DNA of 64,000 nucleotides, taken from contig CM059431.1 of the NCBI GenBank assembly GCA_030390025.1, forward strand, positions 122,080,001 through 122,144,000, given 5' to 3'. A program made the translations under genes and the position numbers. Source of the DNA: Squalus acanthias (taxonomy: Eukaryota). The notes below the pieces were generated by a model. The model ran no database searches, had not been told where the DNA came from, and worked only from the letters and a program-made list of their open reading frames with translations. How positions within the stretch are numbered: the first letter of the stretch is position 1; each line of letters opens with the position of its first letter. Positions 24,601 to 36,832 of this stretch are shown piece by piece.

Positions 24601-27600
24601 TGAGGTCAGCATCACTAGTCGTTTGTGTAAATGGATCTCACATCCTTTATGATCAGGAGTTTACTATTACGGCCCAATATGTAGTCCTACAATAACATGA
24701 CCAACACAGGCTATAACTGATAAACATCGTGCTATGTGAACTGAATAATGTAATCTTGCAGGTGCCCACATATATACTTCTGCAATCTTCTGAAAGTCAG
24801 TCTAATTCATACCTGTGATGAAGCCAAATATAAATCAACAAACTGGCTATTTTACAGTTGTTAATTGAAATAGTGAGTAACATTTATAGAATATCTCATC
24901 CCATTCTAACAATTCATTAAACATTTTTGTAGTATTGAAAATAATAAAATACATCACACTATCCCTGCTAAACTATTACATTTGTGACAAATGCATACTC
25001 TGGACCTGATTGGCTTCATCTTAAAATGAGAAATTGTTCACACCCTTTATGGCCTTTACCAGATCTTCTACTGACCATAGACATTGCACTCTATCCTTTT
25101 GTTCTCTAATTAGGCAGGAAGCCAGCCGGTTGACCTCTGACCCTTCCCTGCCAGGAACTGGCCAATAATAAACTAGCTAATGCCCCCTTGAGTTGGGTGG
25201 CCAAGAAACAAGCTCTTGCTGAGTTTACAGTATAGAAGCTATATTATGTTAACCACCCAATCTCCTCTCTCAGTCGATTGATGATATTCTCTCAACATGG
25301 TGTTGTATGCAAGAAATCCCATTCTGACAAAAGGAATTAAAAAGTTCATTAAAATGTCTGAATAGACTTCAATTGTCTGTAGTCAAAGTCGTAAGTGAAA
25401 GGCATCAGTTTACAAATGCATCTCCTTGTACTTCTGTTCAGAAAATGTAGGCTGAGAAATTGGAAAAGGCCTGAAAATGGGCGCAGGGATCACGATGTGC
25501 GATTAACCTATGCCTGTTCCTTCTGATGCAGGCAGCACGGAAACTTCATGCTAACTGCTAATTTAAATAATAGTAGCATGCAGCCCAGCTCTAAACGTGC
25601 TTGTAAGTGGCTACATGCCTCAGCAGGGGGCCCGAGTTCGTGTGAGAGTAGCACCACTTAAAACTAGCCTGCACTACTTAAAGGCAGCCTGCACCTCTTA
25701 AAGTGGAGGTGCATTCTGGCTGCAGCAGGTGCTGGATGTAGCTGGGGAAGAGAGTGTGAGCAAGAAGAAGATACACTGATGGCGCAATAGGAAAGAGAGT
25801 GGGTTCCAAGATTTTCTGACGCAGCACTGGAGGCTTTGGTGCAGGAGGTGGACAGGAGGAGAAAGGCCCTCTATCCACAGGTGGCCCTGAGGCCTTCCAG
25901 ACAAACTGTGAGAAGTCAATGGGAGCAGATAGCCGTCACGGACAATGCCAGCAGTGTAACCCCAAGGACCTGGATACAATGCTGCAAGAAGTTTAATGAC
26001 CTCACACGAGTGGTCAAGTTCAGTGAATTCATCTTCAAATGCCACATCCTTACTACTGAACTACCAGGCTCAGACACTGCTCAATTCACCCCCACACCCC
26101 CCCCCCCCACCCCACCCCCACTTCACTCACCTATCAATCATGACTTATACCTCACATTCACAGTTTCACCTCACCCTCACACACTTAGCACTGCTGCAAG
26201 CCTCCCAAACAAATCTCACAGCTTACACAGACTGCCAGCTATTCAACCATGACAGGCACATCACCCAAATACATTGCACCACACTCAATGACACACTTCC
26301 TTCTCTCTTGCAGGACAAGCTGGCTCATAACCGAAGGCAGCAGGGGCTACCTGCAGGGAGACAGGCACGGCTCCATGCCCTTACCACGATGGAGGAGACG
26401 GTGCTCAAGATTACTGGAGAGGCCATTGCTGAGCCCATGGCCAGCGCTGGGGCTGCAACAGTCAAAGATAATGGTATCCTCATACCTAATCATCCTTCTC
26501 AGATCCCACTTCCTCCTCATCCTACAATCTCTTCTGATATACAAACTGCAGATTGTGTAAGCATGCAGCTCTTGCTTTCCCTCCTTCCCTCACCGCAACC
26601 CTACCCTTGTGCCTTTCTTCTTTTCAGATAGCCAAGAATTGCAACCTGGCCAGGAAGTGGTGGAGGAGCAAGGAGGGGAAAAAGAAGAAGGCAGTGATGC
26701 TGGAGACAGATCACCATCACTCGATTTCATATTCGCAACCAACAGCACAGATGCTGACACTCTGTGTAATTTAAAGGATAGGTTAGATGCGGGATCTGCA
26801 CGTGGTGAGACGCTGAGCACAAGTGGCCTGCAGCCAGGGCAGGGGGCAAGGGTAGGGCTGGTGCCAGTTCCCCGGAGTGCGAGGGCACTTACAGGTTCTG
26901 CTGCAGAGGACTTAGATGAGGATGCCAATCAGGCGGCCTACAGAAGAAGGCAGATGGGTATGCACAATGTAATGCTTGGTGCATTGGCAGGCCTGCCAGA
27001 AGCCTCAGTGCAATGTCAAGGAGCATGGAGGCGTTCGACACCAACCTCGCACAGGGCTTTGCGCAGAGCTTGGAGCCCATCCTTTCCAGCATGGAAGTGA
27101 TGGTCAACTCCATTAGCGCACTTGTGGACCCAACCATGATGCAGCGTCTGATGGCTGATGACTCCACTTCTATTGCTGCATAAGCAGAAGCCACACAAAA
27201 TCTGGGTGCTACAGTGGAAGCTCAGACTTCTGTCATGCAAGCTCAGCTTGCTGCCACACACAGTCTGCACAGAGCGGGATTAAATGGAGTGTACTTAAAC
27301 AGAGTGTTTTATTAGGGAATTTGGAAAGAGTGGGAATTTCTGGTAAGTAGAAGCTGTAAAGAGTGAAATTTAGTTTTAAGATTTTGATTTTAAACTAGAA
27401 CTTTAAAAACTGTAGTTAACAGAAGCTGCCTGTCAGTGGCAGTTAACTGTCATGCAGCTGTAAGTGTTTGTCTTGAACAGGTGCTAATCACAGGGAGCAG
27501 GAGAGCTGTGTCAACACTTGTAAATTGGGTGAGGCTCCTAGAGTATAAGAGTATAAGAGTAAACATTTCTGCAGAGCACAGAGTGGTCTGCACAGAGCGG

Positions 27601-27855
27601 GATTAAATGGAGTGCACATAAACAGAGTGTTTTATTTGGGAATTTAGAAAGAGTGGGAATTCGGAGAAGAGGGGAAAGGAGTTGTTGCTTTTTGCCTACA
27701 CTACTTGTAGTGCTTTGTGTTACAGGTAAATATTTAATTTCAGTACCTATAACTTAATCTAGATCAAGTAAGTAGTCAAGAAACTACACTGTAAACTAAG
27801 TTACCTAAATACAAATTTAATTAAATTTAATTAAATAACACAGGGTCATATAGGG

Positions 27856-28816
27856 ATGGCAGTGCAGATGGTGTGGCACAACTGCAGCATGTGGGAGTTT
27901 GTGGAGAGCATTGTGATCCCAGACAACCACATTTGCAGTAAGTGCCTGCATCTTGATAAACTTCAGCTCAGAGTTTTTGAGCTGGAGTCTGAGGGTGCAG
28001 ACATTGTGGGGCATCAGGGAGGGGGAGAGTTACCTGGACACTTTGATCCAGGAGGCAGTCACACCCCTTAGGTTAGGTAGTGGTACAGGTCTTGTTAGTG
28101 GTCAGGGACAGGAGAGTGTGACTGCAACTCAGGCAGGTAAGGGGACCCCAGGAGCAGTGCTGGAGGAGCCTCAGCCTTTACCCTTGTCCAACAGGTATGA
28201 GGTTCTTGCTACCTGTGTGGATGAGGGAAAAGACTGCAGGATGGATGAGCAGGCTGACCATGGCACCAGGGTGCAGGAGGCTATTCAAGCGGGGAGAGTG
28301 AAAGGGAATGTAGTTATGGTAGGCGACAGTGTAGTCATGGGGATAGATACTGTTCTCTGCAGCCACGACCGAGAGTTCCAAAGGTTCTGTTGCCTGCCCG
28401 GTGCCAGGGTTAAAGACATCTCCTTGCAGCTGGAGAAGAACTTGGAGTGGAAGGGGGATGATCCGGTTGTCGTGGTCCACATAGGAGCCAACGACATAGG
28501 TAGAACTAGGAATGAGGTTCTGCTAAGAGTGTTTGAGGAGCTAGGATCCAAATTAAAAAGCAGAACCTCAAAGGTAATAATCTCTGGATTATTACCTGAG
28601 CCACGTGAAAATTGGCATAGGATCAAACAGATTAGAGGTTTAAATGTGTGGCTCAAACAGTGGTGTGGAAGGAAAGGGTTTCAGTTCATGGGGCACTGGC
28701 ACCAGTACTGGGGAAAGAGGGAGCTGTTCCGTTGGGACAGGCTCCACTTAAAGCGGGTTGGGACCAGTGTCCTGGTGAACTGAATAACTAGGGTAGTAGA
28801 CAGGGCTTTAAACTAA
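27856..28816 (+). pseudogene. CR1 ORF1 (zinc finger/leucine zipper + SGNH esterase)
   Basis: HNCSMW..ICSKCLHLDKLQLRVFELESE, LSNRYEVL, VVMVGDS, CLPGARV, HIGANDI, DRLHL; frameshift near 27990, premature TGA at 28781, natural end RALN* at 28816. Confidence 0.88.
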
Positions 28817-29196
28817 TGAAGGGGGTGGCGGGAGGATTCAGGAAAGAGTAAATTTAAAAGCAGTGAGAGAAATATCAAGGCTCTGGAGCAGAGTAGAGAT
28901 TTGGGTAAAAATAAGTTGAGTGGGTCAGGAAGGGACAGAGAGAGTAACACAAGTAATAAGGCATCAGTGACTAAGGTGACATCTATGAAAAATAGAAATA
29001 AGTCAAAGCTCAAGGCACTATATCTGAATGCGTGAAGCATTCGCAACAAAATAGATGAATTAATAGCGCAGATAGAAATGAATAGGTTTAATCTACGAGC
29101 CATTACGGAGACGTGACTGCAAAGTGGCCAAGGTTGGGAACTATATATTCCAGGATACTTAAATTTTAGAAGAGATAGGCAAAATGGAGAAGGAGG

Positions 29197-29646
29197 AACA
29201 TAAGAACATAAGACGCAGGAGCAGGAGCAGGAGTAGGTCATTTGGCCCCTCGAGCCTGCTCCGCCATTCAATAAGATTATGGCTGATCTGATCTTGGCCT
29301 CAACTCCATTTCCCTGCCCGCTCCCCATAACCATTGACTCCCTTACCTTTCAAAAATCTGTCTATCTCCACCTTAAATATATTTAATGACCCAGCCACCA
29401 CAGCTCTCTGAGGAAGAGAATTCCAAAGATTCACATCCCTCTGAGAGAAGAAATTCCTCCTCATTCCCGTTTTAAATGGGTGCCCCTTTATTGTGAAATT
29501 ATGCCCCCTAGTTCTAGATTCCCCCACGAGGGGAAACATCCTCTCTGCATCTACCCTGTCAAGCCCCTTCAGAATCTTATATGTTTCAATAAGATACCCT
29601 CTCATTCTTCTAAACACCAATGAGTATAGGCCCAACCTGCTCAACC
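29197..29646 (-). mobile_element. Antisense CR1 3' fragment nested in CR1
   Basis: ORF 29300-29644 (-) RLGLYSLVFRRMRG..TRGH; acataagaacata tail. Confidence 0.9.
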
Positions 29647-30616
29647 TGATAATAAAGGAAGGGATAAAGACAGTAGAGAAAGGATCTTAGCTTCGAAAAT
29701 CAAGAAGTAGAATCAGTTTGGGTGGAGCTAAGAAACAGCAAGGGGCATAAAACATTGGTGGGAGTTTTTTATAGACCCCCAAACAGTAGTTGTAATGTAG
29801 GGCAGAGTATAAATCAGAAAATTAGAGGTGCATGTAACAAGGCTAATACAATAATCATGGCAGACTTTAATCTACATATAGACTGGGCAAGGCAGTAAAA
29901 GTGTGGAGGACGAATTCATGGAATGTATGCAAGATAGTATACTAGATCAGTATGTTCAGGAACCAACTAGGGAACAGGTTATTTTAGATCTAGTATTGTG
30001 CAATGAGAAAGGGTTACTTAATAACCTTGTAGTAAAGGGGCCTTTAGGGAAGAGTGACCATAATATAATAGAATTTTATATTGAGTTTGAAAGTGATTTA
30101 GTTAAATCCGAAACTCGAGTCTTAAATTTAAACAAAGCAAACTACGTAGATATGGGGGGCGAGTTGGCTAAGGTAGATTGGGAAACTACCTTAAAAGGCA
30201 TGATGGTAGATAAGCAATGGCTAGCATTTAAAGAATTAATACATAATTTACCACAAATATACATTGCTTTAAGGCACAAAAACCCCACAGGAAAAGTGGT
30301 CCAGCCGTGGCTAACAAGAGAATTTAAAGATAGTATTAGATCAAAGGAAGAGGCTTATAATGTTGCCAAAAAGAGTAATAAGCCTGAGGAATGGGAGGAT
30401 TTTAGAATTCAGCAAAGGAGGACCAAGAAATTGATAAAGAAAGGGAAAATAGAAAGATGTAAACTAGCGAGAGACATAAAAACAGATTGTAATAGCTTCT
30501 ACAGGTATGTAAAAAGGAAAAGATTAGCAAAAGTAAATGTGGGTCCCTTACAGGCTGAGACAGGAGAAGTTATAATGGGGAATAAGGAAATGGCAAAGAA
30601 ATTAAACAAATACTTT

Positions 30617-31453
30617 GGGGGCGATTTTGCCAGCCCTGGGGAGGTGGGTATGGAGGCGGGACTGCCGGGAAAATGGCAGAATCTGGGGGCGGGTACCCAT
30701 CCCGCCCCCAACCCGCCTCCGTGCCATCTTCCCAGGAGGCGGGTACCCGACCCGTGCTGGGAGCCACCTCCTTGAGGCGGGAAGGGAATTAGTGCCAATT
30801 AACTGCCTGTTAACAGGTAGTTAACAGGCAGGTTTTTGGATAATCCCTATTTTGCCACCTAAAGTGTGGGCTTCCTGACAGCTCCGAACCTCGCCAGGGT
30901 CAGCGAGGCGAGCCATGGGTCTGCTGGGGTCGGACGGGCTGAGACGTCCGGTGTGTAGGTGAGTGATGGGTGCATGTGTGCAGAGGTAAGTGTATGAGGT
31001 GAGTCTTAAGTGTTTTAAAAGCTTTACTTACCTTTGCTTCTTCCTCCAGGCTTCAAACCTTCAGGTCTAGGGAGTCCCTCATCTCAACGGCAGAGAAAGC
31101 AGAATGGCCGCTGCATTTTCAAATGCATCAGCCTTCTGCTTTCTGCTCAGGAGAAGCAAGCCTGTGTCCCAGGTCTCAACTTAGAAGACAGATTGTCAGT
31201 GTTTGACTGCTTCCCAGAGCTCTCAAACGATGACAATTCATCTGTCAAAAGCTCTTGACAGATGAAACATCATTCGCTGATGTCACCAGTAACCGGCTTT
31301 CCCTTAATTGGCCTGCTAATCCCGCAGGGTGGGCTTAACAAGGTCAATCAAGGGAAAATAGCGTGGGTTGGCCAGACGTCGATGGAGGCGGGACTAAAAC
31401 CCGACAAGCAGCAGTCCCGCCTCCATCACGTCCCCATTGGCAAAATTACCCAC
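30617..31453 (+). mobile_element. Harbinger MITE family B, copy 1
   Basis: TIRs GGGGGCGATTTTGCCA / revcomp GTGGGTAATTTTGCCA, TTT TSD; removal restores CR1 NKYF|VSVFT. Confidence 0.9.
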
Positions 31454-32569
31454 TTTGTGTCTGTCTTCACGGAAGAAGATGCAAAAAACTTCCCGGAAAT
31501 AGTGAAGAACCAAGGGTCTAGCGAGAATGAGGAACTGAATGAAATTAGTATTAGTAAAAAAATAGTACTGGAGAAATTAATGGGACAGAAAGCCGATAAA
31601 TCCCCTGGGCCTGATGGCCTACATTCTAGGGTTTTGAAAGAGGTGGCTATAGAGATAGTGGATGCATTGGTTGACATTTTCCAAAATTCCATAGATTTAA
31701 AACGGTTCCCGCGGATTGGAAGGTAGCAAATGTAACCCCACTATTTAAGAAAGGAGGGAGAGAGAAAAAGGGGAACTACAGACCAGTTAGCCTGACATCA
31801 ATATTAGGGAAAATGCTAGAATCTATTATTAAGGACATGGTAATAGGGCACTTAGAAAATAATAATAGGATTTGGCAGAGTCAACACGGATTTATGAAAG
31901 GGAAATTGTGTTTGACAAATCTATTGGAATATTTTGAGGTTGTAACTAACAGAATGGATAAGGGGGAGCCAGTGGATGTGGTGTATTTGGATTTTCAGAA
32001 GGCATTCGATAAGGTGCCACTCAAGAGGTTATTAAACAAAATTAGGGCTCATGGGATTGGTTGTAATATATTAGCATGGATTGAGGATTGGCTATCGGAC
32101 AGAAAACAGAGAGTAGGAATAAACGAGTCATTTTTAGGTTGGCAGGCTATAACTAGTGGGGTACCGCAAGGATCAGTGCTTGGGCCTCAACTATTCACAA
32201 TCTATATCAATGATTTGAATGGGGGTACCAAATGTAATATATCCAAGTTTGATGATGATACAAAACTGGGTGGGAATGTAAGTTGTGAGGAGGATGCAAA
32301 GAGGCTTCAAGGGAATATAGACAGGCTAAGTGAATGGGCAAGAACATGGCAAATGGAATATAATATGGAGAAATGTGAAGTTATCTACTTTGGTAGGAAA
32401 AATAGAAAAGCAGAGTATTTTTAAATGGTGAGAGATTGGGAAATGTTGGTGTTCAGAGGGACCTGGGTGTCCTTGTACACGAAACACTGAAAGTTAACAT
32501 GCAGGTACAGCAAGCAATTAGGAAAACAAATGATATGTTGGCCTTTATTACAAGAGGATTTGATTACAA

Positions 32570-33253
32570 GGGGGAGAAGTTGGGTTGCTTTGCGCCTCTC
32601 GCTAGCGCCCGGGCACGGCGCCACTCACGCCTCCCGCAAAATTCAGCAGGACGTTAGCGGCGGTGGTAGCCGGTAGCGCCCCACTCTGCTGCGCCAGCGA
32701 TGATGACATCATCGCTGTGCGTAGCGTTCCGTTTGCGCCCCAGCCGCAAACTTCCCTTGCTCCCCCTGAACTATCGCCGGGCGATGGGCCCGACAGGATC
32801 AGGGGGCAGTTTTGCAGTGACGCTACTTAAAGGGCAGGTGTTGGCCAGCCATTTTTATTTTGCCCGACTGCCAGCACCTGCCCACCTTTAACATTTGTAT
32901 GCGGGGAGCCGGCTGCGATCGCTCAGCCCAGCACTCCTCTTAAGGGCCGGGCTGTTTCCACAGCATCCCGCTCCCCGGTGGTCCGGCAGAGCCCCGGTGC
33001 GCACAGTGCTAGGCCCCTCCCCTTTAATTAGGGGAGGAGGCCTGCAATGATGTGACGCTACATGCCGCCATGCGTGGCGCAGCTGCACGTAGCGCCGTGA
33101 CATTGAGTAGCAGCACCACAAGAAGCAGGTGGAGTGCTTCCACCCTAACCCTAACCTCATTTTTGGGGTGCTACTACTGAATTTACAGGGGAGGGTCGCT
33201 AACTTTTTCAGGACGCTAGCGCCCCAAAATGGGCGCCACTCATTTTATCCCCC
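32570..33253. mobile_element. Harbinger MITE family A, copy 2
   Basis: GGGGGAGAA / TTATCCCCC ends, caa/taa TSD inside CR1 ORF2; homologous to 20751-21473. Confidence 0.88.
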
Positions 33254-34457
33254 TAAGATTAAAGACGTCTTACTACAATTATATAGGGCCCCGGTGAGAC
33301 CACACCTGGAGTATTGTGTACAGTTTTGGTCTCCTTACCTAAGGAAGGATATACTTGCCATAGAGGGAGTGCAACAAAGGTTCACCAGACTATTTCCTGG
33401 GATGGGGGCATTATCCTATGAGGAGAGGTTGAGTAGACTAGGCCTATATTCTCTAGAGTTTAGAAGAATGAGAGGTGATTACATTGAAACATACAAAATT
33501 CTTACAGGGCTTGACAGGGTAGATGCAGGGAGTATGTTTCACCTGGCTGGGGAATCTAGAACCAGGGGTCACAGTCTCAGAATAAGGGGTTGCCCATTTA
33601 GGACTGAGATGAGGAGAAATTTCTTCACTCAGAGGGTGGTGAATCTTTGGAATTCTCTACCCCAGAGGGCTGTGGAGGCTCAGTCATTGAGTATATTTAA
33701 GACAGAGATCGATAGATTTTTGAATATTAAGGGAATCAAGGGATATGGGGATAGTTCAGGAAAGTGGAGATGAGGTAGAAGATCAGCCATGATCTTATTG
33801 AATGGCAGAGCAGGCTCGAAGGGACGACTGGCCTACTCCTGCTCCTATTTCTTATAAGCTCAGACAGCTGCCACACAATCTCAGACTGCTGCCATCATGG
33901 CTGCAGTTACCAGTGTGGAAAGGGGCTTGCAGGGTGTTACAGCAGTCCAGCAATCTGGAAAAAGCTCCGTGGAGCACGAACCTGCTGTCCTCTCTTAAGA
34001 TGGCAGCATTTGCCCTCACACCACAGTCACTCTGCCAGTGTCCTTGTTGTTGTCTGTTAGCCAGCCAGCCCAGACTGCAGCCGCCCATGCCGAGGTGGTG
34101 CAGTCCGAAGCCGGTCCTTTGAGGCCCAGAGCTGCTCGAGGTCGTCCTCCAAGGCCATCTGCAGTCTCCCCCACTGAAAGCCTTCCACTAACCATGCAAC
34201 AGCCACTGCGGTAGCACTGCGTAGGAGCACTGGAACACGCAAAGGCACATGGAAGACAGGCACTAAGGAAATGCACAAGGGTGATTAGTTGACTTTGGTA
34301 TGTAATATAGGATGGTTTGATTTATAAATTTGGTTTTGATTGTGTGTTGTGTGTTGGCTTTTATTTTAGCATTTTGGTCAGAAGGACGCTTTGATGGTCA
34401 GTAACAGTGGGAAGGTAAGGTGTGGGACTGCTGGTGAATGTGGAATTGGGGTAGTGT

Positions 34458-35547
34458 TCACTGCTACCGCAGTCGGTTGAGTCGATCATGGACAGCCCGG
34501 CCAAAAAGGGGCTGTGTTGGTTGCCTCCTCCCTTCCTCTGTGCCCTCATGATGGCGAGGTTATACAGCATGGAGCAGACCATGAAGGATCTTGAGACGCA
34601 CTCTGGCCAGTACTGCAGGGCCCCTCCAGCACGGTCCAGGCAGCGGAAGCATTGTTTAAGTTCCCTAATGGTCTGCTTGATCACATTTTGTGTTGCAGCA
34701 TGGCTTTCATTATATTCATGCTGCCCACGTGTGCATGAATTGCGCACCAGAGTCATGAGCCAGGTGGTTAGCGGATAGCCCTTGTCGGCCAGAAGCCACT
34801 CTCTGGTTTGTTGTGGTGGCTCAAATGCGGATGGTACAGTGGACTGCTGCAGAATGAAGGCAGCGTGACTGTTGCCAGGATACCGAGAATTAACCTGCAG
34901 ATTGCACTGAGTATGGTCGCACACCAGCTGGACATTGAGGGAGTGCAATCCCCCTTCCAGTTGCAGTACATCTATGAATTCACATCCGACGCCCATTCAG
35001 CAAAGTGTGTGCAGTCAATGGCACCCTGCACCATGGGAGAGCCTGCTATCCTGGCGAAGCTGCATGCTCGCTCTGCCTGCTTCTCTCTGGCAAGAGGGAA
35101 TGAAATGTATTCACCTCTCTTTGTATACAGAGCCTCAATGACCTCCCTTAGGCAACAGTGCACGGCAAACTGGAAGATGTTGGAAATATCGCCTGCTCCA
35201 GCCTGGCAGGAGCCCAACGCATAAAAATTCATGGTCACGCTCACCATCACAGCCACTGGCAATGCCATCCTCACCCTGCTGTGAGGCTACAGATCTGCCT
35301 GCAACAGGTGGCAGATTTCTGTTAGCACCTCCTTAGTGAAGTGGCGACGTTGCATACACTGTTCCTCATTGAAGGTGAAGGAGGAGAATTGCTGCCTGGA
35401 GATCCTGGGTGGATATGACCTCCTGTTGAGAGCCCTTCTACCCCTCCTCCTCCTCCCTCTTCGAGCAGCTTGTCCTGCTCTGTTTCGCCTATGCGCATTC
35501 TCCCTGTCATGCTACATGCCAAGGGTGTTACAAACTAGAGCAACCAT
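34458..35547 (-). pseudogene. Harbinger B HARBI1-like transposase
   Basis: ALPVAVMVSVTMNFYALGSCQ..ISQF-like, VQGAIDCTH, HSLNVQLVCD, YPGNSH, LADKGY, YNESHAATQNVIKQT, FRCLDR; frameshifted. Confidence 0.9.
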
Positions 35548-36446
35548 GTCTGGGAGCATCTGGTCTGAGCAGAAGCCTTGAAGTAACCTGTCACACAACT
35601 CCCTGGACGCTTCAGCAACTTCAAGTAAGATAAGAAACCAACAAACACTTCTACCTTCTATAATCTCACAAGGGTCAATAGAAATCAATCAGCAACTAAC
35701 CTGAAAGCAGTTGATGATCCTTTTAAATAGTGCTGGTGGATGATCCTTCCTGCCGATGAACACATGTTCAGCTGTGCGTCTTTAAGAAAGGGCATTAGCT
35801 GGAGCGTTGAGGTCGAAAATGGCAGCGCTGGAATCAAATCAGTGTTACACGCTGACTGACGTTACGATCTGTCTACTCTGTATACTTCCGGCACTGCTCC
35901 CAGCACCCAAAATGGCGTCCGGCATGGGCCGCACCAATATTGTGTGCATGTGTGGTGCGAATGCCAATTTGGACTCAAAATGACAAGAATCAATCTAAAA
36001 ATGTCACTAATAGAGTGAGGAGAGAATTTTGAAGAACTGTCTTTATGAAAAGGCTTGTTGGAACATGGACGCTTTGCCACTGTGAATGGCTGAGGCAGAG
36101 AGCATTGCAACTTTGAAGGATAAATATTTGAATTGTGGAGGTGATACAATGCTATAGGGAGAGTGTCGGGCAGTGAGATTTGTTTTGGATTGCTCCAGCA
36201 TACAGCCAGCACAGACATGATGCGAAAATGGCCTCCTTCTGTGTTGTAAACTACAATGGTTCTATTGTTAACCTTACTCATAATGCTGGGAGTGGCTGAA
36301 GATTTTGCCAAAGTGAAGGATGTCAGTGTTGGGAATGACTTTTCCACCCATATACACAGTGAGAGATGTCACTGGTTTGGATGCAGATTAAAACTTGCAA
36401 AACTTGCTCAAATATTTTATATATAGAACCTCAGAAGAGCACTCTT

Positions 36447-36832
36447 TCCTACAAGGCGTGATTTGATAGAGGTATACAAGATTATGACGGGTTTGGATAG
36501 GCTAGACGGGGAAAGGCTGTTCCCAGTATTTGATGGTACAAGGACTAGGGGACACAGGTTCAAGGTTTTGGGCAAGAGACACAGGGGGGATGTGAGGAAA
36601 AACTGTTTTACGCAGTGAGTGGTGAGGACCTGGAACTCACTGTCGACGGGAGTGGTGGAAACGGAGACACTCAATGTTTTCAAAGGGAGACTGGATAGGC
36701 ACTTGAGGGAAATAAACTTGCAGGGCTACAGGAATAGAGTGGGGGAATGGAACTGACTGGATTGCTCTACAGAGAGCCGGCACGGACTCGATGGGCTGAA
36801 TGGCCTCCTTCTGTGCCGTTATGACTCTATAA
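36447..36832 (+). mobile_element. 5'-truncated CR1 LINE
   Basis: gatttgatagaggtatacaagattatg..actaggggacac..tggaactcactg; CR1 3' UTR ending ttatgactctat. Confidence 0.88.

Larger units (their letters stand above)
27260..33855 (+). mobile_element. Near full-length CR1 LINE with three nested insertions
   Basis: 5' UTR, ORF1, APE (LYLNA*SIRNK, GKSDHN), RT (GVPQGSVLGP, FDDD), 3' stem-loop and ttcttat tail; sits between 21-bp repeats of the Myb exon. Confidence 0.93.
25779..34288 (+). pseudogene. Harbinger B Myb/SANT-like gene (exons 25779-26018, 26314-26473, 26628-27259 + 33856-34288)
   Basis: PRFSDAALEALVQEVDRRRKALYP..WEQIA..RTWIQCCKKFNDLTRVVK; cag|DKLAHNRRQQ; stop at codon 4, first donor mutated GT>TT, exon 3 split by CR1. 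Confidence 0.85.
25450..35976. mobile_element. PIF/Harbinger DNA transposon B (decayed, split by a 6.6-kb CR1)
   Basis: Convergent Myb-like (+) and HARBI1-like (-) genes homologous to element A; weak TIR match AAATTGG/CCAATTT; ends approximate. Confidence 0.85.

Noticed and set aside
33143..33154. Telomeric CCCTAA x2
   Set aside because: Only two units, inside a MITE; not distinguishable from chance or slippage.
29903..33773. Chimeric ORFs with novel Pro/Gly-rich ends (29903-30775, 31262-31726, 33129-33773)
   Set aside because: Read-through between CR1 ORF2 and inserted MITEs.
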